From positions 135,286,001 to 135,350,000 of the forward strand of contig NW_024704742.1 in the NCBI RefSeq assembly GCF_018977255.1: a DNA stretch of 64,000 nt, in the 5' to 3' direction. The position numbers and the translations under genes are program-made. The notes under the pieces are model-generated. The model saw nothing but the letters and a program-made list of their open reading frames with translations. It did no database searches and was not told where the DNA came from. Numbering within the stretch: the stretch's first letter is position 1; every line of letters starts with the position of its first letter. This document shows positions 63,758 to 64,000 of this stretch, piece by piece. Origin of the DNA: Callorhinchus milii (lineage: Eukaryota).

Positions 63758-64000
63758 CGAGCAACAACAACAACAACAACAAGATTACATTTGTATAGCG
63801 CCTTTCACGTCGGGAGGCAGTGGGATGGAAGGAAATGGATGGGCGAGGGATGGCTGGGCACAGGTTGCCTCATTTCACCGTGATGATGACACACGATGCC
63901 TTGCAATAAAGCGGGACTTGCAACCAAAAGAAACATTTATTTTGGTCGCGAATCACGTCCCTGCACGATGACTTATTGCGGAATCGAGAGTGATTTCCAT

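Overview
Eukaryotic, repeat-dense, apparently non-coding vertebrate DNA (a large intron or intergenic region). The repeat content points to a cartilaginous fish, possibly a chimaera, but this is inference. It includes tRNA-headed SINEs with Deu-domain-like and L2-type tails, many L2 LINE fragments and CR1 LINE fragments. I found no intact host protein-coding exon. Every ORF I can recognise is a decayed L2 or CR1 endonuclease/reverse-transcriptase piece or a repeat read-through. Four retroposon groups dominate: (A) a tRNA-Ala-headed SINE, about 30 copies in long and short subfamilies; (B) an older DeuSINE (SacSINE1/AmnSINE1-like); (C) L2 LINEs, including a decayed endonuclease-to-3'-tail copy at 60747-63757; (D) CR1 LINEs. 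An A-tailed ~0.5 kb repeat with no tRNA head, which I cannot classify, occurs about 8 times. Between the repeats lie about 20 islands of 300-600 bp that are free of recognisable repeats and rich in TAAT, resembling conserved non-coding elements near a developmental gene. Other notable structures are a perfect 20-bp hairpin, a diverged local duplication, a possible TA-flanked mini-insertion and several informative nested insertions. I do not see evidence of a new multi-gene system. Coordinates were read by eye and repeat boundaries are approximate.
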